A DNA stretch of 53,982 nucleotides, taken from the NCBI GenBank assembly GCA_036667875.1, contig JAVWTD010000004.1, forward strand, positions 1 through 53,982, in the 5' to 3' direction. Positions 7,715-17,383 of the stretch are shown in pieces. A program made the position numbers and the translations under genes. The notes under the pieces were generated by a model, which had not been told where the DNA came from, searched no databases, and saw only the letters and a list, made by a program, of their open reading frames with translations. This stretch comes from Bacilli bacterium (GTDB taxonomy: Bacteria > Bacillota_I > Bacilli_A > RF39 > UBA660). Position 1 is the stretch's first letter. Every line of letters starts with the position of its first letter.

Positions 7715-9456
7715 GTTAATATTAATGCTTGCCCATCTTCTTTATTGTTTGCGTCTCCTTCGTAGTTTTTAAATTTATAGTTATTAAGGAGTTCGTCTTT
7801 AATAATTTGATAACCATAGTCAATAATTACTTCTTTTAAATCATTTCTTCGCATACCTATCCTTACTTCAGATATAGGAATATCTTTATTTTTCATTGCG
7901 TCTATTTGAGATTCTACTCCTCTTAGAATCGCTTCTAAAATAGATTCTCTAGATCCTTTAAAGGATTTACTTACTTCTATATTATTAAATAGAATATAAT
8001 CATTATTATAAAAGGCTGTTGATTTTGCTATTATGTTGTTTTTATTAAAAATTACTAAGTTTTTAATGCGTGGGTTAATTACAGACTGAATCATAATATC
8101 TTCACCCTTGCTGTTTAGTTTGGCACAACAATTTGCTTTATATCCAAGAATGAAATTAGTAGGATTAGTGTTTTCTAACCATTTAAAATAAAAATCATTT
8201 TCTTCTTCGCCTATATTTTCAAAATATTCTGTATCATTAATTTTAGTTCCTTCAAGATAGATTTTTTCTAGTTTATCAAATCCTTCTTGATCTATATATC
8301 TTGCTAAGGTATTTGTTATTTGATGTAAATTTACGCATCTTTCATCTATTTTAAATGTTGTTTTAATTAAAAAATTATCGACATCAGTTAAAGATATATT
8401 TTTTTTATTCTTTTTTAAAATATCAAGACCTAGTATTTCATCTTCGTTATTAATATTAGGTATTTTTATATAATTTGTTAATTTCCTTATTTCTTCTTCT
8501 CTAATTTTAATTATATTTTTATTGATATTTGAAAAGTTATTATAATAATTTGCAGCATTTTCTAAAACTTTTCTATCCTCTTTATAGATGGCATCAATTA
8601 ATACACTTTGAAACTTCTTATTGTAATCTTTTAAAACCATATTATTAAATATTAAATCTATTGCTTCTAATTCTAAATTTTTAAATATATTTAATACTGT
8701 TTCTTTTGAATTACCATTATTAAAAACACCAAAAATAAAACAACATTTTACGATATTTTTGAAAAGTTTATTTTTCAAATCTAAAAATTCATAGGGTTTT
8801 AGAGTATTATCGATTTTAATATTTTTTGTTACTTGGTCTATTACTTCACTAACGTGTCCCCTATTATGAACAAATGATTTTATTGCAGAATTTTCATTTG
8901 GTAATATGACTAATATTTTTTCATCATCTTCGCTAATGTTATTTAATAGTTTTTTGGCTTTATCATACTTCATTATATTTTGAAATCCTAATGTTAAATC
9001 AAATAATTCATCATATTTGATACCCTTATAATAAAGGTTTGAATCTGAATCAAATGAACTACTTTCAAAACTATAAAGTGAGTCGTTTAAATATACTTCT
9101 TTTACTTTATTTCCAAAAAAACACATATTTCCAACTGTTTTAAGATTTTCAGGTAAAGTTAAATAATCGATTTTATTACACATGAAGGCTTTTTCTTCAA
9201 TTACTTCTACATTTTTATTAAATTTTATTGATTTAATATTATTTGATGTGAATGCTGATTTTCCAATATATATTAGTTTATCTGGTAATTCTATTTCTTC
9301 TAAATCATTACCAAGAAAGGCAAAATCTTCAATTCGCTCAAGTGTAGAAGGTAGTTTAACAGTTTTTATGTTTTGAAGCATAAAGGCACGTGTTTTAATC
9401 ATTTTAGTACCTTCTTTTATTACAAGGTGCCCATTATTTAAAGTGTAGTACTCCAT
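7708..9456 (-). CDS. Cytosolic leucine-rich-repeat (BspA-type) protein with a large uncharacterised C-terminal region
   Basis: Residues ~20-130 carry about 5 repeats of the pattern hxLPxxLxxIxxxAFxxNxI. No signal peptide. The remaining ~450 aa were not recognised. Confidence 0.55.
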   Translation of the reverse strand: MEYYTLNNGHLVIKEGTKMIKTRAFMLQNIKTVKLPSTLERIEDFAFLGNDLEEIELPDKLIYIGKSAFTSNNIKSIKFNKNVEVIEEKAFMCNKIDYLTLPENLKTVGNMCFFGNKVKEVYLNDSLYSFESSSFDSDSNLYYKGIKYDELFDLTLGFQNIMKYDKAKKLLNNISEDDEKILVILPNENSAIKSFVHNRGHVSEVIDQVTKNIKIDNTLKPYEFLDLKNKLFKNIVKCCFIFGVFNNGNSKETVLNIFKNLELEAIDLIFNNMVLKDYNKKFQSVLIDAIYKEDRKVLENAANYYNNFSNINKNIIKIREEEIRKLTNYIKIPNINNEDEILGLDILKKNKKNISLTDVDNFLIKTTFKIDERCVNLHQITNTLARYIDQEGFDKLEKIYLEGTKINDTEYFENIGEEENDFYFKWLENTNPTNFILGYKANCCAKLNSKGEDIMIQSVINPRIKNLVIFNKNNIIAKSTAFYNNDYILFNNIEVSKSFKGSRESILEAILRGVESQIDAMKNKDIPISEVRIGMRRNDLKEVIIDYGYQIIKDELLNNYKFKNYEGDANNKEDGQALILTK

Positions 9457-9487
9457 ATTATCCTCCTATAAATTGAAAAGAAGATAA

Positions 9488-10249
9488 TTAAATCTTCTTA
9501 AAATAGTTTTCACTATCGTATTTTTTTTGTTTTTTTAAATCATATATTTTTTGCATTGTTTTACTTTTTATTGGTAGACCATACAATATTTGTTCATATT
9601 CTGAGATATTGCTATAATCTTCAAGTTCTGTGAAGTCTTTTTTAATTATTTTATATTTTTCTAATGGAGACATAACCCCAAGTTCATCAAAAACATAAGT
9701 TTGCATTAATGTATCATGAAGATACATACTTTGTGCTTTTTTGTTTATATTGCCCATTTGGTTTATTATCTCTGTTATTTTGAATTTAGCTTCAATGTTA
9801 GCGTTATATTCAATTAAAAAATAATCATGATGGTCTTTATACAATTGACTACAAAATGCCCTATCTTTAAAGGATTCTTTTAAGATATTAACAATTTTTT
9901 GATCTTTACTATTTTCTTTAATAATTTTTCTTTGTTCTGCATGAACAATTTCATGAATGACAGTTGCTAAAACGGTTGTGTTTATTGATAAAACATCATT
10001 TGACTGTCCTGAATAAAGCATTTCTTTAGTTGCTTTTAATATTTTAACTAAGTTTAAATTTATTCTATTGTTATTACTATAATACATTGCTATTGCATTT
10101 GTATTAGTAGAAAATGTTACATCTTTGATATAATCGTCTAAATAATTTTCTTCGATATATTTAAATATAAACTCAAAAATAAACTCTTCATCAATTATCT
10201 TAGATTCTTTATAATAATTATTAAAAGTGGTTATTATTTCCTTATTCAT
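9488..10249 (-). CDS. Hypothetical protein with an HExxH motif (putative zincin-like metallopeptidase)
   Basis: VLATVIHEIVHAEQ at mid-protein. No signal peptide or TM helix. Confidence 0.45.
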   Translation of the reverse strand: MNKEIITTFNNYYKESKIIDEEFIFEFIFKYIEENYLDDYIKDVTFSTNTNAIAMYYSNNNRINLNLVKILKATKEMLYSGQSNDVLSINTTVLATVIHEIVHAEQRKIIKENSKDQKIVNILKESFKDRAFCSQLYKDHHDYFLIEYNANIEAKFKITEIINQMGNINKKAQSMYLHDTLMQTYVFDELGVMSPLEKYKIIKKDFTELEDYSNISEYEQILYGLPIKSKTMQKIYDLKKQKKYDSENYFKKI

Positions 10250-10275
10250 ACATATACCTCCTCAAGTTGATATAT

Positions 10276-10303
10276 ATTATATCATTATTAATGTTTTAGT
10301 CAA
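10276..10303 (-). promoter_or_regulatory. Sigma-A-type promoter TTGACT-16-TATAAT for the HExxH/LRR gene pair
   Basis: Minus-strand TTGACT = 10303-10298 and TATAAT = 10281-10276. GGAGG precedes the ATG at 10249. Confidence 0.5.
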
Positions 10304-10342
10304 ATTGAACACAAACCATTAATTTATATAATTAGGGTATTA

Positions 10343-10366
10343 ACAAAAAAGAAGCTATGCTTCTTT
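10343..10366 (-). terminator. Intrinsic terminator after the coiled-coil gene
   Basis: Stem AAGAAGC/GCTTCTT (10349-10355/10359-10365), then a U-run. The TAG stop lies in the loop. Confidence 0.55.
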
Positions 10367-11938
10367 AATAAAATTTAAATAATCTTTTACAGAGTTTAAA
10401 TTTATTTTACTTTTTAATATGTTTCTATATTTAGAAAGAGTAACAATAGAGTCTCTTTTTTCTTGGTAGTCTTTGCTGTTTATATTAAGTTCTATAGTAC
10501 ATTGTAATAGATTATATTTTTCTTCTATTATTTTATCTAATTCATTGTATTTTAAGAAATCAATACTTTTACTTATTATAATATAAGGACTATTTATAAA
10601 ATCATAAAAATTATCTAGTTCGTTTTCCATTTTATTTGTTTTTAAAATAGATATTAGTTCAATATAATTGTTATTATATAAATTTAACGCGTCATAAATT
10701 GAACTGTTTTCATTAAGGTTTAAACTAACAGTTTCTTCAAAAAAAGCCTTGTTAAGTGTTTTTTGTTCTGCCTTAATTTCTTCTATTTTTTTTGTCAATT
10801 CTGATCCGTTTTTTTTAATTTCAAAGTCTAGTTTTTCTATTTTAGCTATTTTAGACTTTTCACTGCTTAAAATACTAGTTTTTTTGGTCAATATTTTAGA
10901 GTGTTCATTTAACATTCTATTGCATACCGCTAATAATTTTTCTTTTTCTTTTTCTTGTTTTTCTATTGTTTTAAGTTTGTTTTGGTAGACTCCTTTAATG
11001 GAATCTTTTTGTAAAAATATTGTTTTTAATGAATCAAGCATGAAAGAAAATTTGTGAACATTTTCAAATTCTATAATATTATTGTATAAATCATAAATGT
11101 TTTCAAAGAAAATTTCTTTTTTATCCGCTCCTAAATTGTTAAATGCTTCGTCTGTAATGAATTTTCTTCTTGCTTCAACAATGTTAGCACTTTCTTTGGT
11201 GTAGTCTTCTGGATTTTCTCCTTTTAATAGAAATAATTCCTTAATGTTTACAGGTTCTATTCTTTTTAGTTCTTCAAGTTCAAATTTAATTTTATCTAGT
11301 TTTTCAATAGCTGTTGATTCATCGATTGATTTTTCTTTAATAAAATTAGTTAATTTTATATTTGATTTTTCTTTTATGCTTTTTTCATTTTGGTTTAATA
11401 TTACTTTTATATTTAATGATATATCTGATAGTATTTCATTATTTTCCCAATAAATTCCATCAAATGAACTTTTCATATTTTTATTAAAATCTTCTTTATT
11501 ATATTCTTTAAAGAATTCTTTCATGTAGTTTGTTACATAGGGTGTATAGGTAAAACTTTCTTCGTTTACTTTTATCTCAATATTTAAAAGTATTTCAATT
11601 ATTTTTTTTAAGTTAGAATTGAATCCTTCAAGTGTTTTTGGGTTATCTATTTCATAAATTATTTTATTTATTCCTAAGCTCTCTTTAAAGTTTTGACAAG
11701 CTTTTTTAAGTTTGAAATATTCTAGGTATTTATTTTTTTGAAGTTCTAATACGTCTATTTGCTTATTCTTTATAACTGGTAAGTTTACTTCTGATAATGC
11801 TCTTAGAGCTTTAAGAACTAATTCTCTATAAATTAGTACTTCTTTTTTTATATTTTCTATTTTTCCTTTTTCAATGTTTGAAGATGCCTGTGTTATCAAA
11901 TTAATTCTATCTAGGATTTCTTCATAATTATTTTTCAT
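10355..11938 (-). CDS. Large alpha-helical/coiled-coil protein (hypothetical)
   Basis: 527 aa rich in E/K/L/I heptad-like stretches. No TM helix and no recognisable catalytic motif. Confidence 0.5.
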   Translation of the reverse strand: MKNNYEEILDRINLITQASSNIEKGKIENIKKEVLIYRELVLKALRALSEVNLPVIKNKQIDVLELQKNKYLEYFKLKKACQNFKESLGINKIIYEIDNPKTLEGFNSNLKKIIEILLNIEIKVNEESFTYTPYVTNYMKEFFKEYNKEDFNKNMKSSFDGIYWENNEILSDISLNIKVILNQNEKSIKEKSNIKLTNFIKEKSIDESTAIEKLDKIKFELEELKRIEPVNIKELFLLKGENPEDYTKESANIVEARRKFITDEAFNNLGADKKEIFFENIYDLYNNIIEFENVHKFSFMLDSLKTIFLQKDSIKGVYQNKLKTIEKQEKEKEKLLAVCNRMLNEHSKILTKKTSILSSEKSKIAKIEKLDFEIKKNGSELTKKIEEIKAEQKTLNKAFFEETVSLNLNENSSIYDALNLYNNNYIELISILKTNKMENELDNFYDFINSPYIIISKSIDFLKYNELDKIIEEKYNLLQCTIELNINSKDYQEKRDSIVTLSKYRNILKSKINLNSVKDYLNFIKEA

Positions 11939-12050
11939 TTACTTCATCCTTTTCTTCAAGCAATTTTAAACATTCTTCAATCTTATTTAAAAGGTTTTTT
12001 AATTCAGTTATGTCTTTTGTTTTTAGATTCTTTATTGTTTCATCATACAT
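11928..12050 (-). CDS. Possible 40-aa helical micro-protein (MYDETIKNLKTKDITELKNLLNKIEECLKLLEEKDEVNEK)
   Basis: Absent from the ORF track. It starts 3 nt after the upstream stop and overlaps the next start by 11 nt, filling an otherwise empty 115-nt gap. Confidence 0.3.
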   Translation of the reverse strand: MYDETIKNLKTKDITELKNLLNKIEECLKLLEEKDEVNEK

Positions 12051-12053
12051 CTT

Positions 12054-12446
12054 TTATTCCCCCTTTTTTATATTTAGATAGAATTTCTTTTTTTCATCAT
12101 TAATTTTTAAAACCAGAAAATTTTTATGCTGTTCTATTATCTTTATTTGACGGTTATTTTTAAATCCTACCCGACATTTTAAATTAATTGTTCTATTTGA
12201 TATTGTGTAAGTATATTTTTTACAATTTCTATAATTTTTTATTGGAGTGTTTGTTTTTTTATCATAATACTTAAAACCATTTTTTAAATCAAGGACACTA
12301 ATATCTCCTGTTTTTTCTACATTATACCATTTATTCTTTTTTAAAGAGTTTACACTATCTAATGTATTAAATATTTCAAAAAAAGCTAGTCCTATTAAGA
12401 TAATTATTATTATATATAATACTAATTTATTATTGTTACCATTCAT
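12054..12446 (-). CDS. Membrane-anchored hypothetical protein
   Basis: N-terminal TM helix LVLYIIIIILIGLAFFEIF. GGTGG precedes the ATG. Confidence 0.5.
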   Translation of the reverse strand: MNGNNNKLVLYIIIIILIGLAFFEIFNTLDSVNSLKKNKWYNVEKTGDISVLDLKNGFKYYDKKTNTPIKNYRNCKKYTYTISNRTINLKCRVGFKNNRQIKIIEQHKNFLVLKINDEKKKFYLNIKKGE

Positions 12447-12471
12447 TTTACCACCATAAACATTATAGCAT

Positions 12472-12502
12472 AAAAAAAATAGTTTTGTAATTAAACTATT
12501 TT
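12472..12502 (-). terminator. Intrinsic terminator after the HNH-like gene
   Basis: 10-bp stem AAAATAGTTT/AAACTATTTT (12476-12485/12493-12502) plus a U-run, followed by the extended -10 element TGcTATAAT. Confidence 0.6.
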
Positions 12503-12870
12503 AAATATAATTTTTGATAATTTTCTTTTTTATGTTTTTTACTATATTTATTACTTATTTGATAGTTTTCTAGACAATTTATTATTTCTTCTATTATTTC
12601 TTCAGTTGGAGCTTTTTTAGAGTCATTAATTATTTTAAATAGAATATTTAATTTATCATATAATTCTTTATCATCTTGCTCTATTACATGAATATATTTG
12701 TGAGCAATAGATGTAAGAAGTGCTCCGTTTGTAATATCAAATGTACCACCATGTTCACTTTTGACAATATGATGAAAAGTATATTGATTGTTTTTCTTCA
12801 TTTTAAAGTTCATCCAGTCTCTTCCTTTTGGATTATATATCTTTATTAAATTAATTGTGCTTTGTTTCAT
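12496..12870 (-). CDS. Small HNH-like (His-Me finger-like) protein, paralogue of 32275..32667
   Basis: Shared pattern W-x10-14-(F/Y)T(F/Y)HHIVK-x3-(G/H)G-x5-NGA(L/I)L-x5-H-x-YIHVIE. There is a 1-nt gap after tsaC. Confidence 0.45.
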   Translation of the reverse strand: MKQSTINLIKIYNPKGRDWMNFKMKKNNQYTFHHIVKSEHGGTFDITNGALLTSIAHKYIHVIEQDDKELYDKLNILFKIINDSKKAPTEEIIEEIINCLENYQISNKYSKKHKKENYQKLYLK

Positions 12871-12871
12871 A

Positions 12872-13894
12872 CTACACCTCTATATAATTATAAGAGCAAG
12901 ATCTTATAAGTCTATTCATAATAGCAATTCCTAACCCTGTTTTGGCTACACCCATTATTATAATAAGTTTTGGATTTAGTCTGTCTACTTCTCTTAGTAA
13001 TTTGAATATATTGTGTGATATTGAATCTAAATCTTCAATTGAACCAAATGATAAATATTTTTCGCATTTTATATCATTTTTAAGTTCTTCACATCCAATA
13101 ACAACTGTGTTTTTTACAATATGTTTGTCAATTTCATTTTTCAGTTTATCTAAATCTTTTGAATACACTAATAAACATTTACCATTCGGTGCATAATGTT
13201 TATATTTCATTCCTGGACTTTCAACTACTCCAACAGCCTTTTTAAAGATGAAATCATCTATTTTACATGTTCCAATTATATTGATAATATCTTCAGGTGT
13301 GATTTTACCTGGTCTTAAAATTGTTGGGACACCATCAATTACTTTTACAACTGTTGATTCTAACCCTACTTTAGTTTCTCCGCCATCAATAATATATGAA
13401 ACACTTCCATCAAATTCACTTATTATATCTTCTATTCTTGTACCACTTGGTTTTCCTGATTTATTAGCACTTGGTGCTGCTACAGGACAACCTGCTAGTT
13501 TAATTAGTTCATGTGCTATCTTATTATCAGGCATTCTTATACCTACTGTTTTAAGGTTAGCACTGACATTATTTGGAATAATATCTTTTTTTGGAAGAAT
13601 AATCGTAAATGGACCTGGCATGAAAGCATCCATTAGTCGTCTTTCAACTTCATTAATATCTGTTACTAAATCATTTAAATCTTTAAAGTCACTTATGTGA
13701 ACGATTAAAGGATTGTCGTTAGCGCGTCCTTTGGAAATAAAGATTTCAGAAACTGCTTCACTATTTAGTGCGTTAGCGCCTACACCGTATACTGTTTCAG
13801 TTGGAAATATTACTAGTGAACCATTTCTAAGAGCAGTTGCTGCTTCTTTTAGTTCTTCTGTTATACCATCTTTAAGGTCAATTATTTTAGTCAT
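12872..13894 (-). CDS. tsaC: L-threonylcarbamoyladenylate synthase (Sua5/YwlC type, with C-terminal Sua5 domain)
   Basis: FPTETVYGVGANAL...KGRANDNPLIVHI YrdC motifs plus an ~140-aa Sua5 C-domain. AAGGAAGTGA precedes the ATG at 13894. Confidence 0.85.
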   Translation of the reverse strand: MTKIIDLKDGITEELKEAATALRNGSLVIFPTETVYGVGANALNSEAVSEIFISKGRANDNPLIVHISDFKDLNDLVTDINEVERRLMDAFMPGPFTIILPKKDIIPNNVSANLKTVGIRMPDNKIAHELIKLAGCPVAAPSANKSGKPSGTRIEDIISEFDGSVSYIIDGGETKVGLESTVVKVIDGVPTILRPGKITPEDIINIIGTCKIDDFIFKKAVGVVESPGMKYKHYAPNGKCLLVYSKDLDKLKNEIDKHIVKNTVVIGCEELKNDIKCEKYLSFGSIEDLDSISHNIFKLLREVDRLNPKLIIIMGVAKTGLGIAIMNRLIRSCSYNYIEV

Positions 13895-13955
13895 AACTTT
13901 CACTTCCTTATGTGCTATAGTATACAATAAAAGACTTCTTTTTGCAAATAGTTAT

Positions 13956-13982
13956 AAAAAAAGAAACTTTTCCAAGTTTTCT
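13956..13982 (-). terminator. Probable intrinsic terminator after hdeD-like gene
   Basis: Minus-strand AGAAAACUU-GGAA-AAGUUUCU (one bulge) followed by UUUUUUAU. Confidence 0.45.
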
Positions 13983-13997
13983 TCTAATAAATATTTT

Positions 13998-14534
13998 TTA
14001 TTTAATTATTTTAGCTTCTATTATGCTATTCTTACTGAAAGCATTAACTGCTATAATTTCACTTATTCCATCGATAATTAGAACAATTCCTATTAAACGA
14101 ATTACTATTTTTACAGCATTAAATGGATTAAAAAATAGGAAAAGTCCAAATAGTAAAAGAATAATTGATGTTATTAAAATATATATCCAATTACTATAGC
14201 CTTCTTTTTTTAAACTGAAAGATTGCATTAATTTAGAGATTGAATCTATAGTGATTATAACGCCTGCTACAAGAGGAATAAATGATGCCGCTAATTCTGG
14301 ATTAAGAATTAGATATATTCCAAAAATAGTCGCAAGAACTCCTAAAACTAGGTTAAATTTAGATAAAGAAGTTTGTCTATTATTTATAAATGTTATTATT
14401 TGGTTTGTTGCAAATAACAATATAATTAGACCTAATAAATAACAAATAAGGTTTGATATTGATGCAGGACTTACTATCATAAATAAACCTACTACTATAT
14501 AAATAAGGGATGTTGTTAAAAGTGTTTTTTTCAT
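13998..14534 (-). CDS. HdeD-family (DUF308) membrane protein
   Basis: Six TM helices with the repeated DUF308 pattern, 178 aa. Confidence 0.6.
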   Translation of the reverse strand: MKKTLLTTSLIYIVVGLFMIVSPASISNLICYLLGLIILLFATNQIITFINNRQTSLSKFNLVLGVLATIFGIYLILNPELAASFIPLVAGVIITIDSISKLMQSFSLKKEGYSNWIYILITSIILLLFGLFLFFNPFNAVKIVIRLIGIVLIIDGISEIIAVNAFSKNSIIEAKIIK

Positions 14535-14546
14535 TTCTACTCCTTT

Positions 14547-16007
14547 TTAATTATCACTGAAAACTGGTTCACTAGTGATATTTATTTTTAATGATTTTAA
14601 TAATTTGATTTCTAATGAGTCAATAATGTATGATGAATGAGCATCACAGTTTTCTAATTTTTTCATGTTTTCTAAAGCAGTTACTATTATTGGATTAGTA
14701 ACTGAACATATTGATAGTGCTATTAGTACTTCATGCAAGTTTAAGATACTTTCATTAGATACTTGTTTTTTTAGTTCAAGAATTGGCTTTAAGACTGAAG
14801 GAGATAACAAGTAAACATCATCAGGAATGTTTGTTAATTCTTTTATGGCGTTTAATATCATAGATGATGCTGGAGAAAGTAATTCTGTTTCTTTTCCAGT
14901 CACTATTTTAGAATCGTCTAACTTTAGTGCTACTACTCCTTTATTTACTAGTTTATTTTTATCTAAACATGCTTTTATAACTGGTCTTATACTTGAATCT
15001 ATCTTTAATTCATTCATTAAGACTTTAATTAATTGTGGTGTTTCTTCGTTTACTTTTTCTAATTTTTCATCTACTAGGGCATTATAGTATCTTCTTACTA
15101 TTTCTTCTTTACTTGCTTTTATAATTGCTTCATTATTATCTATACAGAAGCCTACCATATTAACACCCATGTCTGTTGGTGATTTATATAAATCTTCTTT
15201 CATTATCTTTTCTAAAATGTTTTTTAGAATTGGAAATGTTGCTATATCTCTATTGTAATTTACAGCACTCACTCCGTAAGCTTCAAGATGAAACGGGTCA
15301 ATCATATTAATGTCATGCAAGTCTGCTGTAGCAGCCTCATAAGCCATATTCACAGGATGTCTTAAAGAAAGATTCCAAACAGGAAATGTTTCATATTTTG
15401 CATACCCTGCAATAGTACCTAATTTATTTTCATGATAAAGTTGAGAAAGACAAGTTGCAAGTTTTCCACTTGATGGTCCTGGAGCTGTCACAACTACAAG
15501 TTTTCTTGTTGTCTTAATAAATTCGTTTTTTCCATAACCTTTTTCTGAAACAATAGTGTCAATATCTGTTGGATAACCTAATGTCTTATAATGAACATAA
15601 GTTTTTACACCCATATTTTCAATAACTTTTCTAAATTTATCAATGCTTGGTTGTCCATTATATAAAGTTACAACTACACTAGAAACAAATATATCCATAC
15701 TTTTTAAAATATTAATTAATCTTATTAATTCCATATCATAGGTAATACCATAGTCAGCTCTAATTTTCTTCTTTTCTATATCTTTTGAATTAATACAAAA
15801 GATAACTTCAACATCATCTTTAAATGACTCTAATATTTTAATTTTAGAATTAGGGTCAAATCCAGGTAGAACTCTACTTGCATGAAAATCATCAAATAAT
15901 TTGCCTCCAAACTCTAAATATAGTTTACTATTAAAAAGTTCTATTCTTTTTTTAATTTCTTCCTTTTGTATTTTTAAATATAGTTCGTTATTAAATCCTT
16001 TTGCCAT
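14547..16007 (-). CDS. DUF1846 / UPF0371 family protein
   Basis: N-terminal YL..Q...I..R......KLYLEFGGKLFDDFHASRVLPGFDPN is the UPF0371 signature, and the ~490-aa size fits. Confidence 0.75.
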   Translation of the reverse strand: MAKGFNNELYLKIQKEEIKKRIELFNSKLYLEFGGKLFDDFHASRVLPGFDPNSKIKILESFKDDVEVIFCINSKDIEKKKIRADYGITYDMELIRLINILKSMDIFVSSVVVTLYNGQPSIDKFRKVIENMGVKTYVHYKTLGYPTDIDTIVSEKGYGKNEFIKTTRKLVVVTAPGPSSGKLATCLSQLYHENKLGTIAGYAKYETFPVWNLSLRHPVNMAYEAATADLHDINMIDPFHLEAYGVSAVNYNRDIATFPILKNILEKIMKEDLYKSPTDMGVNMVGFCIDNNEAIIKASKEEIVRRYYNALVDEKLEKVNEETPQLIKVLMNELKIDSSIRPVIKACLDKNKLVNKGVVALKLDDSKIVTGKETELLSPASSMILNAIKELTNIPDDVYLLSPSVLKPILELKKQVSNESILNLHEVLIALSICSVTNPIIVTALENMKKLENCDAHSSYIIDSLEIKLLKSLKINITSEPVFSDN

Positions 16008-16009
16008 TT

Positions 16010-16735
16010 TTAGTCCTCATACCATTCTAGTGATTCACTATCCCCTATTACTATAACATTCTCGTGTGTTTGAAGAATGCTTGCAGGGACATTTGTTGTT
16101 ACAGGACCTGTTAGGGATTCCTTTAATATTTCTTTTTTATTTTTTCCTGTTGCTATTAATAAAATTGTTTTTGATTTCATTATTGTTTTTATTCCCATTG
16201 TATATGCAAATTTTGGTACATCTTCTTCTTTTAAGAAGAATCTTCTATTAGCGGAAATAGTTGATTTTGATAGTGAAACAAGATGAGTTTCTTCATTAAA
16301 ATCAGTACCTGGTTCGTTGAATCCAATGTGACCATTTAGTCCTATTCCAAGTATTTGTAAATCAACTGGTCCTAGGTTATTAAGAGTTTTTTGATATGTG
16401 TTACAGGCTTTTACTGGGTCTTTTTCCATTCCGTCTGGTATATTAGTGTTTTTAATATTTATTTGATTAAATAAATGCTTATCCATAAAATAACTATAAC
16501 TATTAGGGTCATCTTTAGACAATCCCTTATATTCATCTAAATTTACGGCTGCTACTTTAGAAAAGTCTATTTTCTTATTTTTGTAGGCATCAATTAAAAA
16601 TTGATAAGTTTTTAAAGGAGTTGATCCGGTTGCTAAACCTAAAACACAATCCTCTTTATTTTTTATTGTTTCTATTATTATTTCAGAAGCTTTTCTGCTT
16701 GCGTCTTCTTCTGTTTTAAGTTTATATATTTTCAT
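16010..16735 (-). CDS. nagB: Glucosamine-6-phosphate deaminase
   Basis: GLATGSTP...NLDEY...ILGIGLNGHIGFNEPG motifs. Confidence 0.9.
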   Translation of the reverse strand: MKIYKLKTEEDASRKASEIIIETIKNKEDCVLGLATGSTPLKTYQFLIDAYKNKKIDFSKVAAVNLDEYKGLSKDDPNSYSYFMDKHLFNQINIKNTNIPDGMEKDPVKACNTYQKTLNNLGPVDLQILGIGLNGHIGFNEPGTDFNEETHLVSLSKSTISANRRFFLKEEDVPKFAYTMGIKTIMKSKTILLIATGKNKKEILKESLTGPVTTNVPASILQTHENVIVIGDSESLEWYED

Positions 16736-16806
16736 TCTTTATTCCTCTTACTTTCTTAATTATTATATCATAATTGTTTTATATTTAATAAAAAAATAGT
16801 ATTTGT

Positions 16807-17382
16807 TTACACTATTTTCTTTCTTATATCAGTAAGTTCATTTTCTAATTCGTTTTTTATTTCTTTGAATTTTTGATAAAATTTATTATCATCACCATTT
16901 ATATCTACTTTAAGTCTTTTCATGTCCTCAAATAGGTATAATACTGTTTGTGATCTTGATTCAACATCCCCACTGAGAGTAAGAGGAAGAAGCATATTTA
17001 TTTCACTTATTTCAGCTTGAATAAATTGTTCAACATCTTCATTTTTATAGTATTCATCGATACATTTAATTGTATTTTTTGGACTATTTTTAATTTTTAA
17101 GCAATATTTATTGTTTAATTTTTTTTGTTCAATTTTAGTAATTGACGATATGTATTCAACTGTTAAGTTCTTTTCTTTTGCTTTGTTCCACACTAAGTAT
17201 CTATTGTTTTGCATTTTAAAATATATTTTAGATATTTCATTTAATTTATAGTATATAGCTGCATCCGCATTTTTTTTGTATTCATATTTTTTAAAAGTTG
17301 CGTATTTAGTTTTATATATATAAAATGTTAAACCAAATAGAATAATTGAAATAATGATTATAATATTTCCTAATTTTTTCAT
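16807..17382 (-). CDS. Bitopic membrane protein, helical ectodomain (hypothetical)
   Basis: N-terminal TM helix IIIIISIILFGLTFYIY. Third gene of a tightly packed triplet. Confidence 0.5.
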   Translation of the reverse strand: MKKLGNIIIIISIILFGLTFYIYKTKYATFKKYEYKKNADAAIYYKLNEISKIYFKMQNNRYLVWNKAKEKNLTVEYISSITKIEQKKLNNKYCLKIKNSPKNTIKCIDEYYKNEDVEQFIQAEISEINMLLPLTLSGDVESRSQTVLYLFEDMKRLKVDINGDDNKFYQKFKEIKNELENELTDIRKKIV

Positions 17383-17383
17383 A

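Noticed and set aside
6527-12870. Prophage, transposon or integrative element underlying the uncharacterised island.
   Set aside because: No integrase, transposase, recombinase, flanking direct repeats or tRNA target was seen. Composition looks the same as the flanks by eye.
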